NCBI GenBank assembly: GCA_043803945.1
Contig: JAZDJN010000102.1
Span: 1-56,084, forward strand
Length of the DNA stretch: 56,084 nt
Source: a bacterium
GTDB lineage: Bacteria > Bacteroidota > Ignavibacteria > UBA10030
Direction: 5' to 3'
The position numbers and the translations under genes are program-made. The notes beneath the pieces are model-generated. The model was not told where the DNA came from. It saw only the letters and a list, made by a program, of their open reading frames with translations, and did not search any database. Shown in pieces: positions 1-10,002 of this stretch; the stretch's first letter is position 1; every line of letters begins with the position of its first letter.

Positions 1-143
1 ATTCTATTGCACAAACTAAATCTCAAACCCCCTTCCAGGCTTGAAATGAAACTCAAATTGTAGTGTAAACTTTTGACACCTTTTGCCTCTTATAGCTCAG
101 AATCATCGTTTTTTCTTCACAACTGTCGAACTTGGGCTAACTC

Positions 144-1916
144 GTGCGATCGTATAAAACCAATTATACTCTCTTTATCGTTCTCACCCTTCTCTTCCTC
201 ATTTTCTATCTCGAGACTCTTCATCAGGATGCTGACACCCTCTATGTCAACGGAAAAATTTATACCATTGACCAGCACAACACAGTGGCTGAAGCCTTTG
301 CGGTGCGTGGATCTGTGATTGCCGATGTCGGCACGAATGAGGAGTTGAAGAAGCGGATCCGGCCGAAGAAAATCGTTGATCTCAAAGGAAAAACGGTGCT
401 GCCCGGATTCATCGATTCCCATATTCATATGTTGAGCCTCGGTGTTTCAAAACTGACTCTCGACCTCTCTGAAACAGCAAGTGAGGATGAGGCCATTGCG
501 ATAGTAAGTGAGCGCGTCCGCTCCTCGTCACCGGATCAATGGCTCAGAGGCGGCGGCTGGGATCAGCAGGCCTGGCGATTGAGGCGTTTCCCAACCGCAG
601 CGTCTCTCGATCGAGTCTCGCCGAAGAATCCAGTCTTTCTCGCTCATCGGGATGGGCACGCCATCTGGGTAAATAGTCTGGCTCTTCAGAACGCAGGCAT
701 CACTAGTAAAACACCCGATCCCTCCGGGGGAGTGATTGTCAGGGACGCAAAAGGAAACCCAACCGGAGTTCTTATTGATGCAGGAATCGATCTTGTTGGA
801 CGATATCTTCCACGTATGACCGAGCAGGAGAGGATGGAAGCCTATCAATTCGCTGCTCAGGAGTGTCTTCGTAATGGTATTACAACGGTTCATGATTTGG
901 GTGTCGATCTGGATGATATTCATGCCTATCAAAAGCTTCTTGAGAAAGAGGTACTGCCTCTTCGGGTGTATGCTGCAATCGCAGGTAATGGTGACACCTG
1001 GAACTACTTCACGGGGAAGGATGAATTTGGTAGTGTCCGCGGCCCGATCCTGGGATTCGGTAACAGGAAATTGACGGTCCGTTCGGTGAATCTTTACCTC
1101 GACGGTTCCCTGGAGTCTCGGGGAGCAGCAATGATAGAACCGTACACTGATGATCCCGGCAACAGAGGCATTACTCTCCTTGATGAAAAAACAGTTGGAC
1201 AATTTGTCGCTCAGGCTTTGAAAACGGATTTTCAAGTGATACTCCATGCTGTCGGTGACCGAGCGGTCAATATTGCCTTGAATGTCATGGAAGCGCAATT
1301 AAAGCAGAGACCAACACATGATCATCGATTCAGAATTGAACAGGTTCAAGTTCTCTTCCCCAATGATGGTCTCCGGTTCAAGAACCTGGATGTTATTGCA
1401 GGGATTCAACCATTCTATTGTATCACAGATATGTATTGGTTGGAGGCACGACTCGGAAGCTCTCGTACTCAAATGGCACATGCCTGGCGCACGTTGCTCG
1501 AATCGGGTGTAACAATTGCCGCAGGTTCCGATGCACCGTTTCGAAGCATCAATCCACTATGGAGCATTTATGCTGCCACGACGCGTAAAAGTTTCGAAGG
1601 GATTCCTAACGCTGCAGAAGATGTCGGGCAAGGGTTTCAGCTTTCATCGGAAGGAATTACAAATACTGAGAATTATTCTGAGGGATGGTATCCTCGCCAA
1701 AAAATGACCGGTGATGAAGCTGTTCGTAGTTTTACGTTCTCTGGCGCACGGGCAGCGTTTCAGGACGGATATCTTGGTTCAATTGAAAGGGGGAAATTGG
1801 CAGACTTCATACTCCTTTCTGACGATATTATGACCATCTCTTCAAAAAATATTCTTGATGCTAAGGTGGATAAAACATATCTTGGCGGAGAGATGGTGTA
1901 TGACCGCCATCAATAA
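144..1916 (+). CDS. Amidohydrolase 3 family (YtcJ-like) metal-dependent hydrolase with N-terminal membrane anchor
   Basis: DLKGKTVLPGFIDSHIH, GGGWDQ, DGHAIWVNS, HAVGDRA, GSDAP and GSIERGKLADF motifs; hydrophobic N-terminus. Confidence 0.9.
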   Translation: MRSYKTNYTLFIVLTLLFLIFYLETLHQDADTLYVNGKIYTIDQHNTVAEAFAVRGSVIADVGTNEELKKRIRPKKIVDLKGKTVLPGFIDSHIHMLSLGVSKLTLDLSETASEDEAIAIVSERVRSSSPDQWLRGGGWDQQAWRLRRFPTAASLDRVSPKNPVFLAHRDGHAIWVNSLALQNAGITSKTPDPSGGVIVRDAKGNPTGVLIDAGIDLVGRYLPRMTEQERMEAYQFAAQECLRNGITTVHDLGVDLDDIHAYQKLLEKEVLPLRVYAAIAGNGDTWNYFTGKDEFGSVRGPILGFGNRKLTVRSVNLYLDGSLESRGAAMIEPYTDDPGNRGITLLDEKTVGQFVAQALKTDFQVILHAVGDRAVNIALNVMEAQLKQRPTHDHRFRIEQVQVLFPNDGLRFKNLDVIAGIQPFYCITDMYWLEARLGSSRTQMAHAWRTLLESGVTIAAGSDAPFRSINPLWSIYAATTRKSFEGIPNAAEDVGQGFQLSSEGITNTENYSEGWYPRQKMTGDEAVRSFTFSGARAAFQDGYLGSIERGKLADFILLSDDIMTISSKNILDAKVDKTYLGGEMVYDRHQ

Positions 1917-1931
1917 AAGCGGAGAGAGTTG

Positions 1932-1960
1932 TTGTTTTTCCTTTGAATTATTTGTACGTT
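1932..1960 (+). promoter_or_regulatory. Putative sigma70-type promoter for the receiver-domain gene
   Basis: TTGTTT-17 nt-TACGTT upstream of the ATG at 2005. Confidence 0.35.
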
Positions 1961-2004
1961 CGTCTGGGAGTGGATTCAACTCAAAGCAAGGACTTTAACG
2001 AAGA

Positions 2005-2412
2005 ATGCCGTATAGCGTACTAGTTGCTGATGATGATGAAGGGCAGAGGAAGTCTCATGGTTTTGCGTTAGAGGTTTGTACAGCGATCGTTGAAGATGAA
2101 ATTGAAATCATTGAGGCAGCGACGAGTGTTGAAGCGTGGGAAAAGCTAAAAGTTCGACCTTTTAATCTCATCATCCTGGATAACGATTTTAAAGATACAC
2201 ACTTAAAGGGCCACCTGCCAGGGATAGCATTGCTCCAACTTGCCCGCCGTGAGGGTGTTAACAAAAATTCTCCGATTTTTTTCTGTAGCGCGGATGCGTA
2301 TGATACACTCAAATCGATGGTGGAAAAATTCCACGGGGTGTATATGCCAAAGGTCGGCTATGACATTGAAAAAGCGGCACAGCTCTTTGCGGACAAAATG
2401 AAGAAGAAGTAA
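2005..2412 (+). CDS. Stand-alone response regulator receiver (CheY-like) protein
   Basis: VLVADDD acidic pocket, LIILD phospho-acceptor Asp, FCSA and C-terminal PK; no output domain. Confidence 0.85.
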   Translation: MPYSVLVADDDEGQRKSHGFALEVCTAIVEDEIEIIEAATSVEAWEKLKVRPFNLIILDNDFKDTHLKGHLPGIALLQLARREGVNKNSPIFFCSADAYDTLKSMVEKFHGVYMPKVGYDIEKAAQLFADKMKKK

Positions 2413-2439
2413 CGCGGCATTTTTCAATCGAAGATCATC

Positions 2440-2464
2440 AGGCACCAATGGTGCCTTTTTTTTT
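2440..2464 (+). terminator. Rho-independent terminator
   Basis: AGGCACC-AAT-GGTGCCT hairpin followed by a T run. Confidence 0.8.
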
Positions 2465-2525
2465 ATCCGGAAGGATAGATCCTCCTGATGCCATTGGCGG
2501 GGTCTCTTGTTTGAGATTCTACGGC

Positions 2526-2554
2526 TTGCGCTTTCTTTCAAATAGTTATACATT
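2526..2554 (+). promoter_or_regulatory. Putative sigma70-type promoter of the hypothetical-prmC-dtd run
   Basis: TTGCGC-17 nt-TACATT. Confidence 0.4.
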
Positions 2555-2557
2555 TTA

Positions 2558-3262
2558 TTGAGCAGCAATCATTCATTGTTATGGGAGAACCGACACGTGT
2601 ACGAGCGTTGCCTGAATGAAGCAGAAAGAATCCTCGCCAAAGAAAAAGAAATTGTCGTGCCGATAAAAAAAATTTGGCAGGAGGTCTGTCGACAGGGGAA
2701 AAATCAAAAATATGAACTGCCATCACTGGCGGATTTTACCGCACTGTTGGAAGGTGATAAGCGATTCGAATTCCTTCCGGCGTTTCAGAACCAGGAGGAA
2801 TTGTTTGAGGCCACTCGCAATGAATCAGAGGGTCTTGAAGATGCAGAACTTGAATCTATGGGATTCTATTCGGGCGACCGCGTGAAGCTAAAAAGTGTGG
2901 AATTAACTCCCGAACGCATCGGCAGCATTATCCGGGATAAGGTTGACCGTACCATGAATGCTCTCACGAAAGCCTGGGAGAGCAGGCCGGAGGGAGATCA
3001 GGAAACAGAAGATCAGTTGCTTGAAATTCTTGCCAGGACACAGAAACTCCAACGTGAGGTAAAACAGACTTTTTCCGAAGAGAAAATGCAGAAGCTTGAG
3101 AAAACTCTGAAAGCAAAAAATAAAAAAACAACCTCCGGTTCTTCAAAAACGAAAACTGCCGATAAGAAGAAAAGTAAACCGGTACAAAAACTCTCCGGAA
3201 TTGCAGCTCAACGCACTCTGAAAAAAAAATCTTCAAAAAAAGCCAAAGGCTCCCGGTCCTGA
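2558..3262 (+). CDS. Hypothetical protein, helical, with Lys-rich C-terminal tail
   Basis: 234-aa ORF, stop overlaps prmC start (TGATG); start codon uncertain. Confidence 0.7.
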   Translation: MSSNHSLLWENRHVYERCLNEAERILAKEKEIVVPIKKIWQEVCRQGKNQKYELPSLADFTALLEGDKRFEFLPAFQNQEELFEATRNESEGLEDAELESMGFYSGDRVKLKSVELTPERIGSIIRDKVDRTMNALTKAWESRPEGDQETEDQLLEILARTQKLQREVKQTFSEEKMQKLEKTLKAKNKKTTSGSSKTKTADKKKSKPVQKLSGIAAQRTLKKKSSKKAKGSRS

Positions 3263-4179
3263 TGTCGCTCATCGAATCTCGCGTTTGGACGATCAGAGAA
3301 TTGATGAAATATGCAATCAATCTCCTCCAGCGAAAAGGATTCGACGAAGCACGGCTCACTATTGAACTTCTGCTCTCCACTGTCCTCCGCTGCCAGCGCA
3401 TCCAGATCTATACAAGGTTGGAGAAGCCGCTAACAAGCGATGAGCTTGAACTCTTCTCGTCATTCCTCGAACGCCGCCTTACCCACGAACCGGTTCAGTA
3501 TATTATCGGTTCTACCAGCTTTATGGGATTACACTTCCAGGTCGACCGTAGAGTCCTTATTCCCAGACCTGAAACAGAAACCTTGGTTGAGCAAACGATG
3601 ATCTTCGCTCACTCACTGGAGACTCAAGAGCCGATAAGGATACTTGAGGTCGGTACGGGTTGCGGAAATATCGCTGTTTCACTGGCAAAGTATATTCGCC
3701 AGGCCAGGATTCTCTCTCTCGATGTCGATGAAAAAGCTCTTGAGGTCGCACGACAAAATGTCGAACTCCACGCCGTGAGCGAAAAAGTCGTATTGCAGCA
3801 TCGAAATATCTTCGATCCGATAGATGAACGATCCTTTTCAAAATTCGATATTCTGGTCAGCAACCCTCCCTATATTGCTCCGCAAGATTGGGAGCACTTG
3901 ATGCCTGAATTAAAGCTGTTTGAACCCCGCCTTGCATTGAGCGATGAGAGGGATGGGTACTTGTTTTATGAGAGAATGATTGTCCTCGCACCACGGATTC
4001 TCAATCAGACTGCCGGAGTACTGTTTGAAGTGGGGGATGGCCAATCGGAAAAAGTGTTGAGGATGCTTCAGGCCAATGGATTTGCAAAGGGTCAAATCAT
4101 ACCGGACCTCCAGGGCCTGCCGCGTGTTGTTACGGCGTGGCTGGGAAAGCATGATGAACGCATAATCTCAAAAAATTAA
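3262..4179 (+). CDS. prmC: Release factor glutamine methyltransferase
   Basis: EPVQYIIG, VLIPRPETETLVE, EVGTGCGNIA and VSNPPY motifs. Confidence 0.95.
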   Translation: MSLIESRVWTIRELMKYAINLLQRKGFDEARLTIELLLSTVLRCQRIQIYTRLEKPLTSDELELFSSFLERRLTHEPVQYIIGSTSFMGLHFQVDRRVLIPRPETETLVEQTMIFAHSLETQEPIRILEVGTGCGNIAVSLAKYIRQARILSLDVDEKALEVARQNVELHAVSEKVVLQHRNIFDPIDERSFSKFDILVSNPPYIAPQDWEHLMPELKLFEPRLALSDERDGYLFYERMIVLAPRILNQTAGVLFEVGDGQSEKVLRMLQANGFAKGQIIPDLQGLPRVVTAWLGKHDERIISKN

Positions 4180-4196
4180 GATAATGAGGAACGGCG

Positions 4197-4646
4197 ATGA
4201 GAGCGCTTATTCAGCGTGTGAGCAAATGTTCTGTAAGAATCAATGAGGGGCCGCATAGTGCCATCGGGCGGGGAATTCTTATCTTGCTCGGGGTGAAGAA
4301 CGGTGATACAGAACATGACGCCGAATATCTGGCTGCACGGTGCGCTGCGCTGCGCATCTTTGAAGATGATCAGGGTAAAATGAATCTCTCCATTCAGGAC
4401 ATTCAGGGAGCGGCAATGGTTGTTTCGCAATTCACCCTGTATGGAGATACGCGCAAAGGGAACCGTCCCAATTATACCGACGCTGCACCGCCTGATCTGG
4501 CTGAGCGGCTATATGAAGAATTCATCCGACGGCTCGTTCTCTTCTTGGGCCAGGAACGCGTCTCCAGCGGCGTGTTCCGTGCAATGATGGATATTGAGCT
4601 GGTCAACGCGGGCCCGGTTACGGTGATGATTGAAAGCAAAGGATGA
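4197..4646 (+). CDS. dtd: D-aminoacyl-tRNA deacylase
   Basis: MRALIQRV, SQFTLYGD.KGNRP and N.GPVT motifs. Confidence 0.96.
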   Translation: MRALIQRVSKCSVRINEGPHSAIGRGILILLGVKNGDTEHDAEYLAARCAALRIFEDDQGKMNLSIQDIQGAAMVVSQFTLYGDTRKGNRPNYTDAAPPDLAERLYEEFIRRLVLFLGQERVSSGVFRAMMDIELVNAGPVTVMIESKG

Positions 4647-4674
4647 CGAAACTCCAATTCATCGTTCAATGTGT

Positions 4675-5592
4675 ATGGATGGAAACGTGAGACTAATTCT
4701 TTTATTTCTCGATGGTGTGGGCATCGGCAAAGACGATGCATCGGTTAATCCGTTTTTTAAAGCTCATCTTCCTGTATTGTACTCGACACTTGGTAATCGA
4801 CTGCCCTCGAGAAAAAATAAACGGATCGAAACAACTGAAGCCGGTTGTACGCCCCTCAATGCAACCTTAGGTGTCGCGGGAATGCCTCAGAGTGGAACGG
4901 GCCAGGTTGCTCTCTTCACCGGAAAGAATGGCGCGAAACTTGCGGGCAGACATTTCGGCCCCTATCCGCCAACGACTCTTCGCTCTACACTCGAAGAGTA
5001 CAACCTGTTCACACAGGTTCGCCGCAAGGGGAAATCGATCAGCTTCCTGAATGCCTATCCTCATCAGTTCTTCGATTATGTGAAATCTGGAACGCGCCGC
5101 CTGACCGTGACAACGCTTTCCTGCTTCTACGCTGGAATACCTCTTCATGGTATTACGGAACTGAGAAAGAACGAAGCACTCTCCGCCGATATCACACGGA
5201 AGCGATGGCCGGAGCTTGGCTATCCTGATCTGCTGCTTCTTCCGGAACATGAGGCTGGAATGCACCTTTGGAGGCTGGCACAGCTCCATGATGTTACAGT
5301 GTTCGAGTATTGGCTTCCGGATCATGCAGGCCATAGCCAGAATATGCAATTTGCCGTTGAGGTGCTTGAGACCTTTGATCGGTTCCTCGGAGGAATCTTG
5401 AGCGATTTTGATTTCAGGAATTCACTTCTTATTATTGTCAGTGACCATGGCAATATTGAGGACTTATCCATCAAGTCCCATACCAGGAATCAAGTACCAT
5501 GCATTGTCATTGGTCATGAGCACAAGCGATTTACCGCAACCGTACGGAATCTTACTCATATTACACCAACGATACTCAAGTTTCTGACATGA
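4675..5592 (+). CDS. Metalloenzyme of the alkaline phosphatase / phosphoglycerate mutase / phosphopentomutase superfamily
   Basis: FLDGVGIG, PQSGTGQ, DHAGH, SDHGN and HT.N.VP metal motifs; start may be GTG at 4687. Confidence 0.85.
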   Translation: MDGNVRLILLFLDGVGIGKDDASVNPFFKAHLPVLYSTLGNRLPSRKNKRIETTEAGCTPLNATLGVAGMPQSGTGQVALFTGKNGAKLAGRHFGPYPPTTLRSTLEEYNLFTQVRRKGKSISFLNAYPHQFFDYVKSGTRRLTVTTLSCFYAGIPLHGITELRKNEALSADITRKRWPELGYPDLLLLPEHEAGMHLWRLAQLHDVTVFEYWLPDHAGHSQNMQFAVEVLETFDRFLGGILSDFDFRNSLLIIVSDHGNIEDLSIKSHTRNQVPCIVIGHEHKRFTATVRNLTHITPTILKFLT

Positions 5593-7997
5593 CAACAAGG
5601 TCATCCATCCTTCAGCGTCGCCCGGCATTAAGGATGGTGATGTTGTTCATCGTTGGTATTGTGTTGGCCGAACTAGTTACAATTCCACTCTGGATCCTTC
5701 TCCTCCTGAATACACTTCTCTTTCTGATCCTTGTTATCATGTACTCATTCTCGTCAGTCACCGTGAGCCGCTGGATCATTTCCAGCATGATCATTGTCGG
5801 TGCTGGCTGGTACCTTCGCATTATGCAGCAACAGGAGATTCAAGATCGTCAATTGATCCCAGCGGGCAACCAGGAGAAGATTGCCCTGCTTGGTGCCCTC
5901 GATGAATTGCCGGTAAAAAGTGCACATCAATTCCGACTGGTCATCACCACCCGAACTCTGCGGCGCAATGATTCTCTCTTCGCTCTTGAACGAAGGATTC
6001 TCGTGCTTCAGAAACTCGACAGCAGTAAATCAATATCCCAGAAATTTCATGTAGGTGATGAGATTTTCATTGAAGGAGAACTTCAGCCATTCCCAGTTCC
6101 AAAAAATCCTGGAGATCTTCATTATGGAAGATATCTAACATTGAATGGTGTCGAAGGAGTGGTTCAGGTGCCGGAGAGTGGATTCGTTCGCCTTGTTCGA
6201 TCAAATGCGGGAAACTACGGGTACCGTTGGATATCATCATTGCAGGAATATCTTTTTGCAGTGATCGATTCATTACATCCTCCGGACGAAGCGGGGTTCT
6301 TGAAAGGTATCGTTTTTGGATATCGGGCCAATATTCCTCTCGATGTGAAAGAATCGTTCACCAATACCGGCACCATTCATATCCTTGCTGTTTCAGGCTC
6401 GAATGTTGCTGTTGTTGCACTTGTCTTCTATTCACTCTTTGGTGTGTTGAGGATCCCGAAGAGAATTCTCGCTCTGGCGACGATTGGCGGATTGGTCTGT
6501 TATATGCTGGTCACTGGCTCCAGCCCATCAGTAGTACGGGCAACATTGATGGGAATTGTTCTTCTTCTTGGATCAATGTTCGAACGCAAGGCAGAAATCT
6601 ATAATTCCATAGCGATTGCGGCCCTTATTCTTCTCATCGTCAATCCGGCAGCGCTGTTCGATGTCGGGTTCCAATTATCGTTCTCAGCAGTAATATCCAT
6701 AGTGTATTTCTATCCATTTCTTCTTACACTCGTAAAAAAGATTCCTGAAAAGTACGAAGAGATAAAAGCCATCGACTATATCCTGAAACTGTTCGCCGTA
6801 TCGCTCGCTGCACAGATTGGCACGCTGCCCTTTACTGCCTTTTACTTTGGGAGAATATCGATTATCTCCATTCTGGCAAATCTCATTGTTGTTCCCATCA
6901 GCGGGATTAATGTGATGCTTGGTTTAACGACGATACTTATAGCGCCGCTTTCGGGTTGGATTGCGTCAACCTACGCAGCACTGAATACTCTCCTGGTGAA
7001 ATTTCTTCTTGGATTTGTGAAGGCTGCTGCCAGTGTCCCCTTTGCCTTCATCGACATTCAGACTCTGAGCGTTACGATCGTAACACTTTACTATCTCATC
7101 GTGCTTGTGCTCTTCTCGTTGGGAAATATGAAGAGATTCAAGCTATGGTTGATTATACTACTCCTCTTTCTTAATGGAGCAGTGTATTTCAGTATCTTCA
7201 CGGGAAAAGAGCGATCGCTTGCTGTTACGATGCTCGATGTCGGACAGGGCGATGCTCTGCTGGTTGGATTTCCGAATGGAAAGAAAGTGCTTATTGATAC
7301 CGGACCTGGTGGACCGAACTGGAGTTCGGGAGAGAAAATTATCATCCCGTACCTACGCAAGCAGGGCATAGAGTCTCTCGACGCAATCCTTCTGACGCAC
7401 GCTCACAGCGATCATATTGGAGGATTGGAATATATTCTAAAGACCATTCCTGTCCGTGAAATTTTTGCCCCTGCTGAGGTGATTAGTTCAAATGCTTTTC
7501 GTAGAATCAATGAGAAATTACCTGACTCTTGTCGCAGTGTGGTATCGCTTACTGCCGGGCAGCAAGTTTGGATCGATTCTTCCACACGATGCTATGTCCT
7601 CTACCCGAGGCAACAGCAGAAAAAAGTTAACAATATCAATAATACCTCGCTTGTCTTCAAATTGCAGTATGGCAACACATCGATGATGTTTGTAGGGGAT
7701 GCGGAGAGCGATGTGGAGTCTACGTTGATGGATGGTTATCGAGATTTTCTTGATACCGATGTATTAAAGGTAGGCCATCACGGCAGCACCACAAGTTCCA
7801 GCAATCAGTTCCTCGATGGCGTCACTGCACAGATTGCCCTGATTTCTGTGGGACGTAATAATAAGTTCAATCATCCATCCCAGGAAACATTGCAAAAATT
7901 GAATCAACGTGGAGTCTCCGTGCATCGGACGGATCAGGAAGGAGCAATACTTCTCTCCAGCAATGGCCGCACATTTTCAACCGTTGACTGGCGGTAA
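5589..7997 (+). CDS. comEC: Competence protein ComEC/Rec2 (competence domain plus MBL domain)
   Basis: HILAVSGSNV, SVVRA, GFQLSF, DVGQGDA, THAHSDHIGG and KVGHHGS motifs. Confidence 0.95.
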   Translation: MTTRSSILQRRPALRMVMLFIVGIVLAELVTIPLWILLLLNTLLFLILVIMYSFSSVTVSRWIISSMIIVGAGWYLRIMQQQEIQDRQLIPAGNQEKIALLGALDELPVKSAHQFRLVITTRTLRRNDSLFALERRILVLQKLDSSKSISQKFHVGDEIFIEGELQPFPVPKNPGDLHYGRYLTLNGVEGVVQVPESGFVRLVRSNAGNYGYRWISSLQEYLFAVIDSLHPPDEAGFLKGIVFGYRANIPLDVKESFTNTGTIHILAVSGSNVAVVALVFYSLFGVLRIPKRILALATIGGLVCYMLVTGSSPSVVRATLMGIVLLLGSMFERKAEIYNSIAIAALILLIVNPAALFDVGFQLSFSAVISIVYFYPFLLTLVKKIPEKYEEIKAIDYILKLFAVSLAAQIGTLPFTAFYFGRISIISILANLIVVPISGINVMLGLTTILIAPLSGWIASTYAALNTLLVKFLLGFVKAAASVPFAFIDIQTLSVTIVTLYYLIVLVLFSLGNMKRFKLWLIILLLFLNGAVYFSIFTGKERSLAVTMLDVGQGDALLVGFPNGKKVLIDTGPGGPNWSSGEKIIIPYLRKQGIESLDAILLTHAHSDHIGGLEYILKTIPVREIFAPAEVISSNAFRRINEKLPDSCRSVVSLTAGQQVWIDSSTRCYVLYPRQQQKKVNNINNTSLVFKLQYGNTSMMFVGDAESDVESTLMDGYRDFLDTDVLKVGHHGSTTSSSNQFLDGVTAQIALISVGRNNKFNHPSQETLQKLNQRGVSVHRTDQEGAILLSSNGRTFSTVDWR

Positions 7998-8055
7998 GTG
8001 CTTCGTTATTGAAGGGATTTTCACGAATAAATCGATCCGTACTAAGCAGAGAATT

Positions 8056-8084
8056 TTGAGTCTTGTCCTCTTTTTTTCTATATT
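8056..8084 (+). promoter_or_regulatory. Putative sigma70-type promoter directly ahead of the TrmH-family start codon
   Basis: TTGAGT-17 nt-TATATT, ATG 5 nt after the -10 box. Confidence 0.5.
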
Positions 8085-8089
8085 CTCGC

Positions 8090-8872
8090 ATGCGAATTAC
8101 ACTAGGTGAGATTAAACTCTTCCGATCACTTCAACAGAAAAAATTCCGGCAAGCCGAACGGAAATTCGTTATTGAAGGATGGTATGGCCTCCAGGAAGCC
8201 TTATCTTCTGATGCTGTCATCGAATTGATTGTCCTTGCTGAAGACTCTCCTATGCCAAAGCAGCATCGGTCAATGCTGGACCAGATTCAGAAACAGCGCA
8301 TCCCAGTCAGAGAGGCCACTCCGTTCGACCTCAAGAAAATCACAGAGACCGTCCATACACAAGGGGTTGCAGCGTTGGTCCATCAACATGGCTCAACCTT
8401 GAACTCACTTAATCTTAAACAAGCCACACTCTTTGTTGGACTCGACGCTGTCAGTGATCCCGGAAATCTTGGCTCGATCATTCGCTCAGCAGATTGGTTT
8501 GGCGCCGATGCTCTCCTGTTGGGCAGCGGGTGCGTCGAACTATACAATGAAAAGGTTGTTCGTTCAACGGTTGGCTCGCTCTTCCATTTTCCAATTGTTG
8601 AAAATCTGTCCTTAGTGGAAACAATTGCTCAAATGAAATTGCACGGCTTCATTGCTTCTGCTTTAACAGCGGATGGAGATTTGAACTATCATCGTCTGGA
8701 TCCATCGGAAAAACATTTTCTCATCTTCGGCAGCGAAGCCCATGGCGTATCGCCCGAAGTGAGGCAGATTTGCGATCGCGCTGTTCAGATTCCCCGCTTC
8801 GGAAAAGCTGAGTCGCTCAATGTCGGTGTGGCTTGCGGAATTACACTTGCTCAGATAAAAGCCATTCATTAG
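8090..8872 (+). CDS. TrmH/SpoU family RNA methyltransferase
   Basis: DPGNLGSIIRSA, FGSEAHG and ESLNVGVA SPOUT motifs. Confidence 0.93.
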   Translation: MRITLGEIKLFRSLQQKKFRQAERKFVIEGWYGLQEALSSDAVIELIVLAEDSPMPKQHRSMLDQIQKQRIPVREATPFDLKKITETVHTQGVAALVHQHGSTLNSLNLKQATLFVGLDAVSDPGNLGSIIRSADWFGADALLLGSGCVELYNEKVVRSTVGSLFHFPIVENLSLVETIAQMKLHGFIASALTADGDLNYHRLDPSEKHFLIFGSEAHGVSPEVRQICDRAVQIPRFGKAESLNVGVACGITLAQIKAIH

Positions 8873-8886
8873 GAGTACCAACCACC

Positions 8887-9822
8887 ATGTTGACTGATGT
8901 TCCCGGTTTCAAAGTAGGCCATTACACGGATTACCAGGCAGCAACAGGCTGCACGGTCATTCTCTGTCCACCTGAAACTTGCGGGAGCTGTGAGGTTCGG
9001 GGCAATTCTCCTGGCAGCAGGGAATTGGCATTGCTCGCTCCGGAAAAAACTATGCAGGAGGTTCATGCGGTTCTTCTCACTGGCGGAAGTGCGTTCGGCC
9101 TTTCCGCTGCCGATGGGGTAATGAAATGGCTCGAGGACCATCATATTGGTTACCCGACGCCCTGGGTGCGTGTTCCGATCGTGCCGGCGGCTGCGGTGTT
9201 CGATCTCAATGTGAAGAGCGCGTCGGTTCGGCCCGGGGCTGTTGAGGCATTCGCTGCCTGCGATAATGCAACAGACCAGTTTCTCGATGAGGGATGCATC
9301 GGCGCTGGAACAGGTACCACCGTTGGCAAATGGAATGGACAACAATATTGGATGAAGGGAGGCGTTGGCTCCTCCTCCTTCAAAAATGAATCGCTTGTGA
9401 TTGGCGCACTTGCCGTTGTCAATGCAGTAGGAGATATTATCAACGGGGGTGGATCGATACTTGCGGGTGCGAGGAATCCTGATGGCACATTTCTTGGCGA
9501 CACACTGCTTCATCGACCCCTTGCAAGGGGAAAGGTGTTGAAGCAGACGAACACCACGCTGATGGTGACCGCCACGAATGCTCGACTCTCTAAGTTGGAA
9601 TTATATCGAGTCGCTCAACGGATGCATGATGGGATGGCGAGAGCCGTGGTACCGGCTCACACATCATATGATGGCGATATATCCTTTGCTCTTTCCTCAG
9701 GAACGGTTGAGGTTGACCTTGATTATCTTTGTGAAGTTGCTTCACAGGTGACAGCAGAAGCTATTCGGCGAGGTGTGCGGATGGCAAAAACAATGTTCGG
9801 AATTCCCGGTCTCCACTCATAG
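8887..9822 (+). CDS. P1 (S58, DmpA-like) family peptidase
   Basis: LTDVPGFKVGH, LTGGSAFGL, GAGTG, NAVGD, NTT and DGD motifs; AGGAG RBS upstream. Confidence 0.92.
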   Translation: MLTDVPGFKVGHYTDYQAATGCTVILCPPETCGSCEVRGNSPGSRELALLAPEKTMQEVHAVLLTGGSAFGLSAADGVMKWLEDHHIGYPTPWVRVPIVPAAAVFDLNVKSASVRPGAVEAFAACDNATDQFLDEGCIGAGTGTTVGKWNGQQYWMKGGVGSSSFKNESLVIGALAVVNAVGDIINGGGSILAGARNPDGTFLGDTLLHRPLARGKVLKQTNTTLMVTATNARLSKLELYRVAQRMHDGMARAVVPAHTSYDGDISFALSSGTVEVDLDYLCEVASQVTAEAIRRGVRMAKTMFGIPGLHS

Positions 9823-10002
9823 CTTTCCAGCAGATACCTCATCCGGGAGAAGGGGGCATTCATTGCCTTAGAATTCTCTCTCACGTCAGCACGCAATAAG
9901 TGGTGAAAGTAAGCTTTGAGAAAAACTCCAACAGACGCAATGATGAGGGAGAGTAACTCTGGAAGTAATAATGCTTAGTCGGTCTTAGGATAAGAAGACG
10001 CC

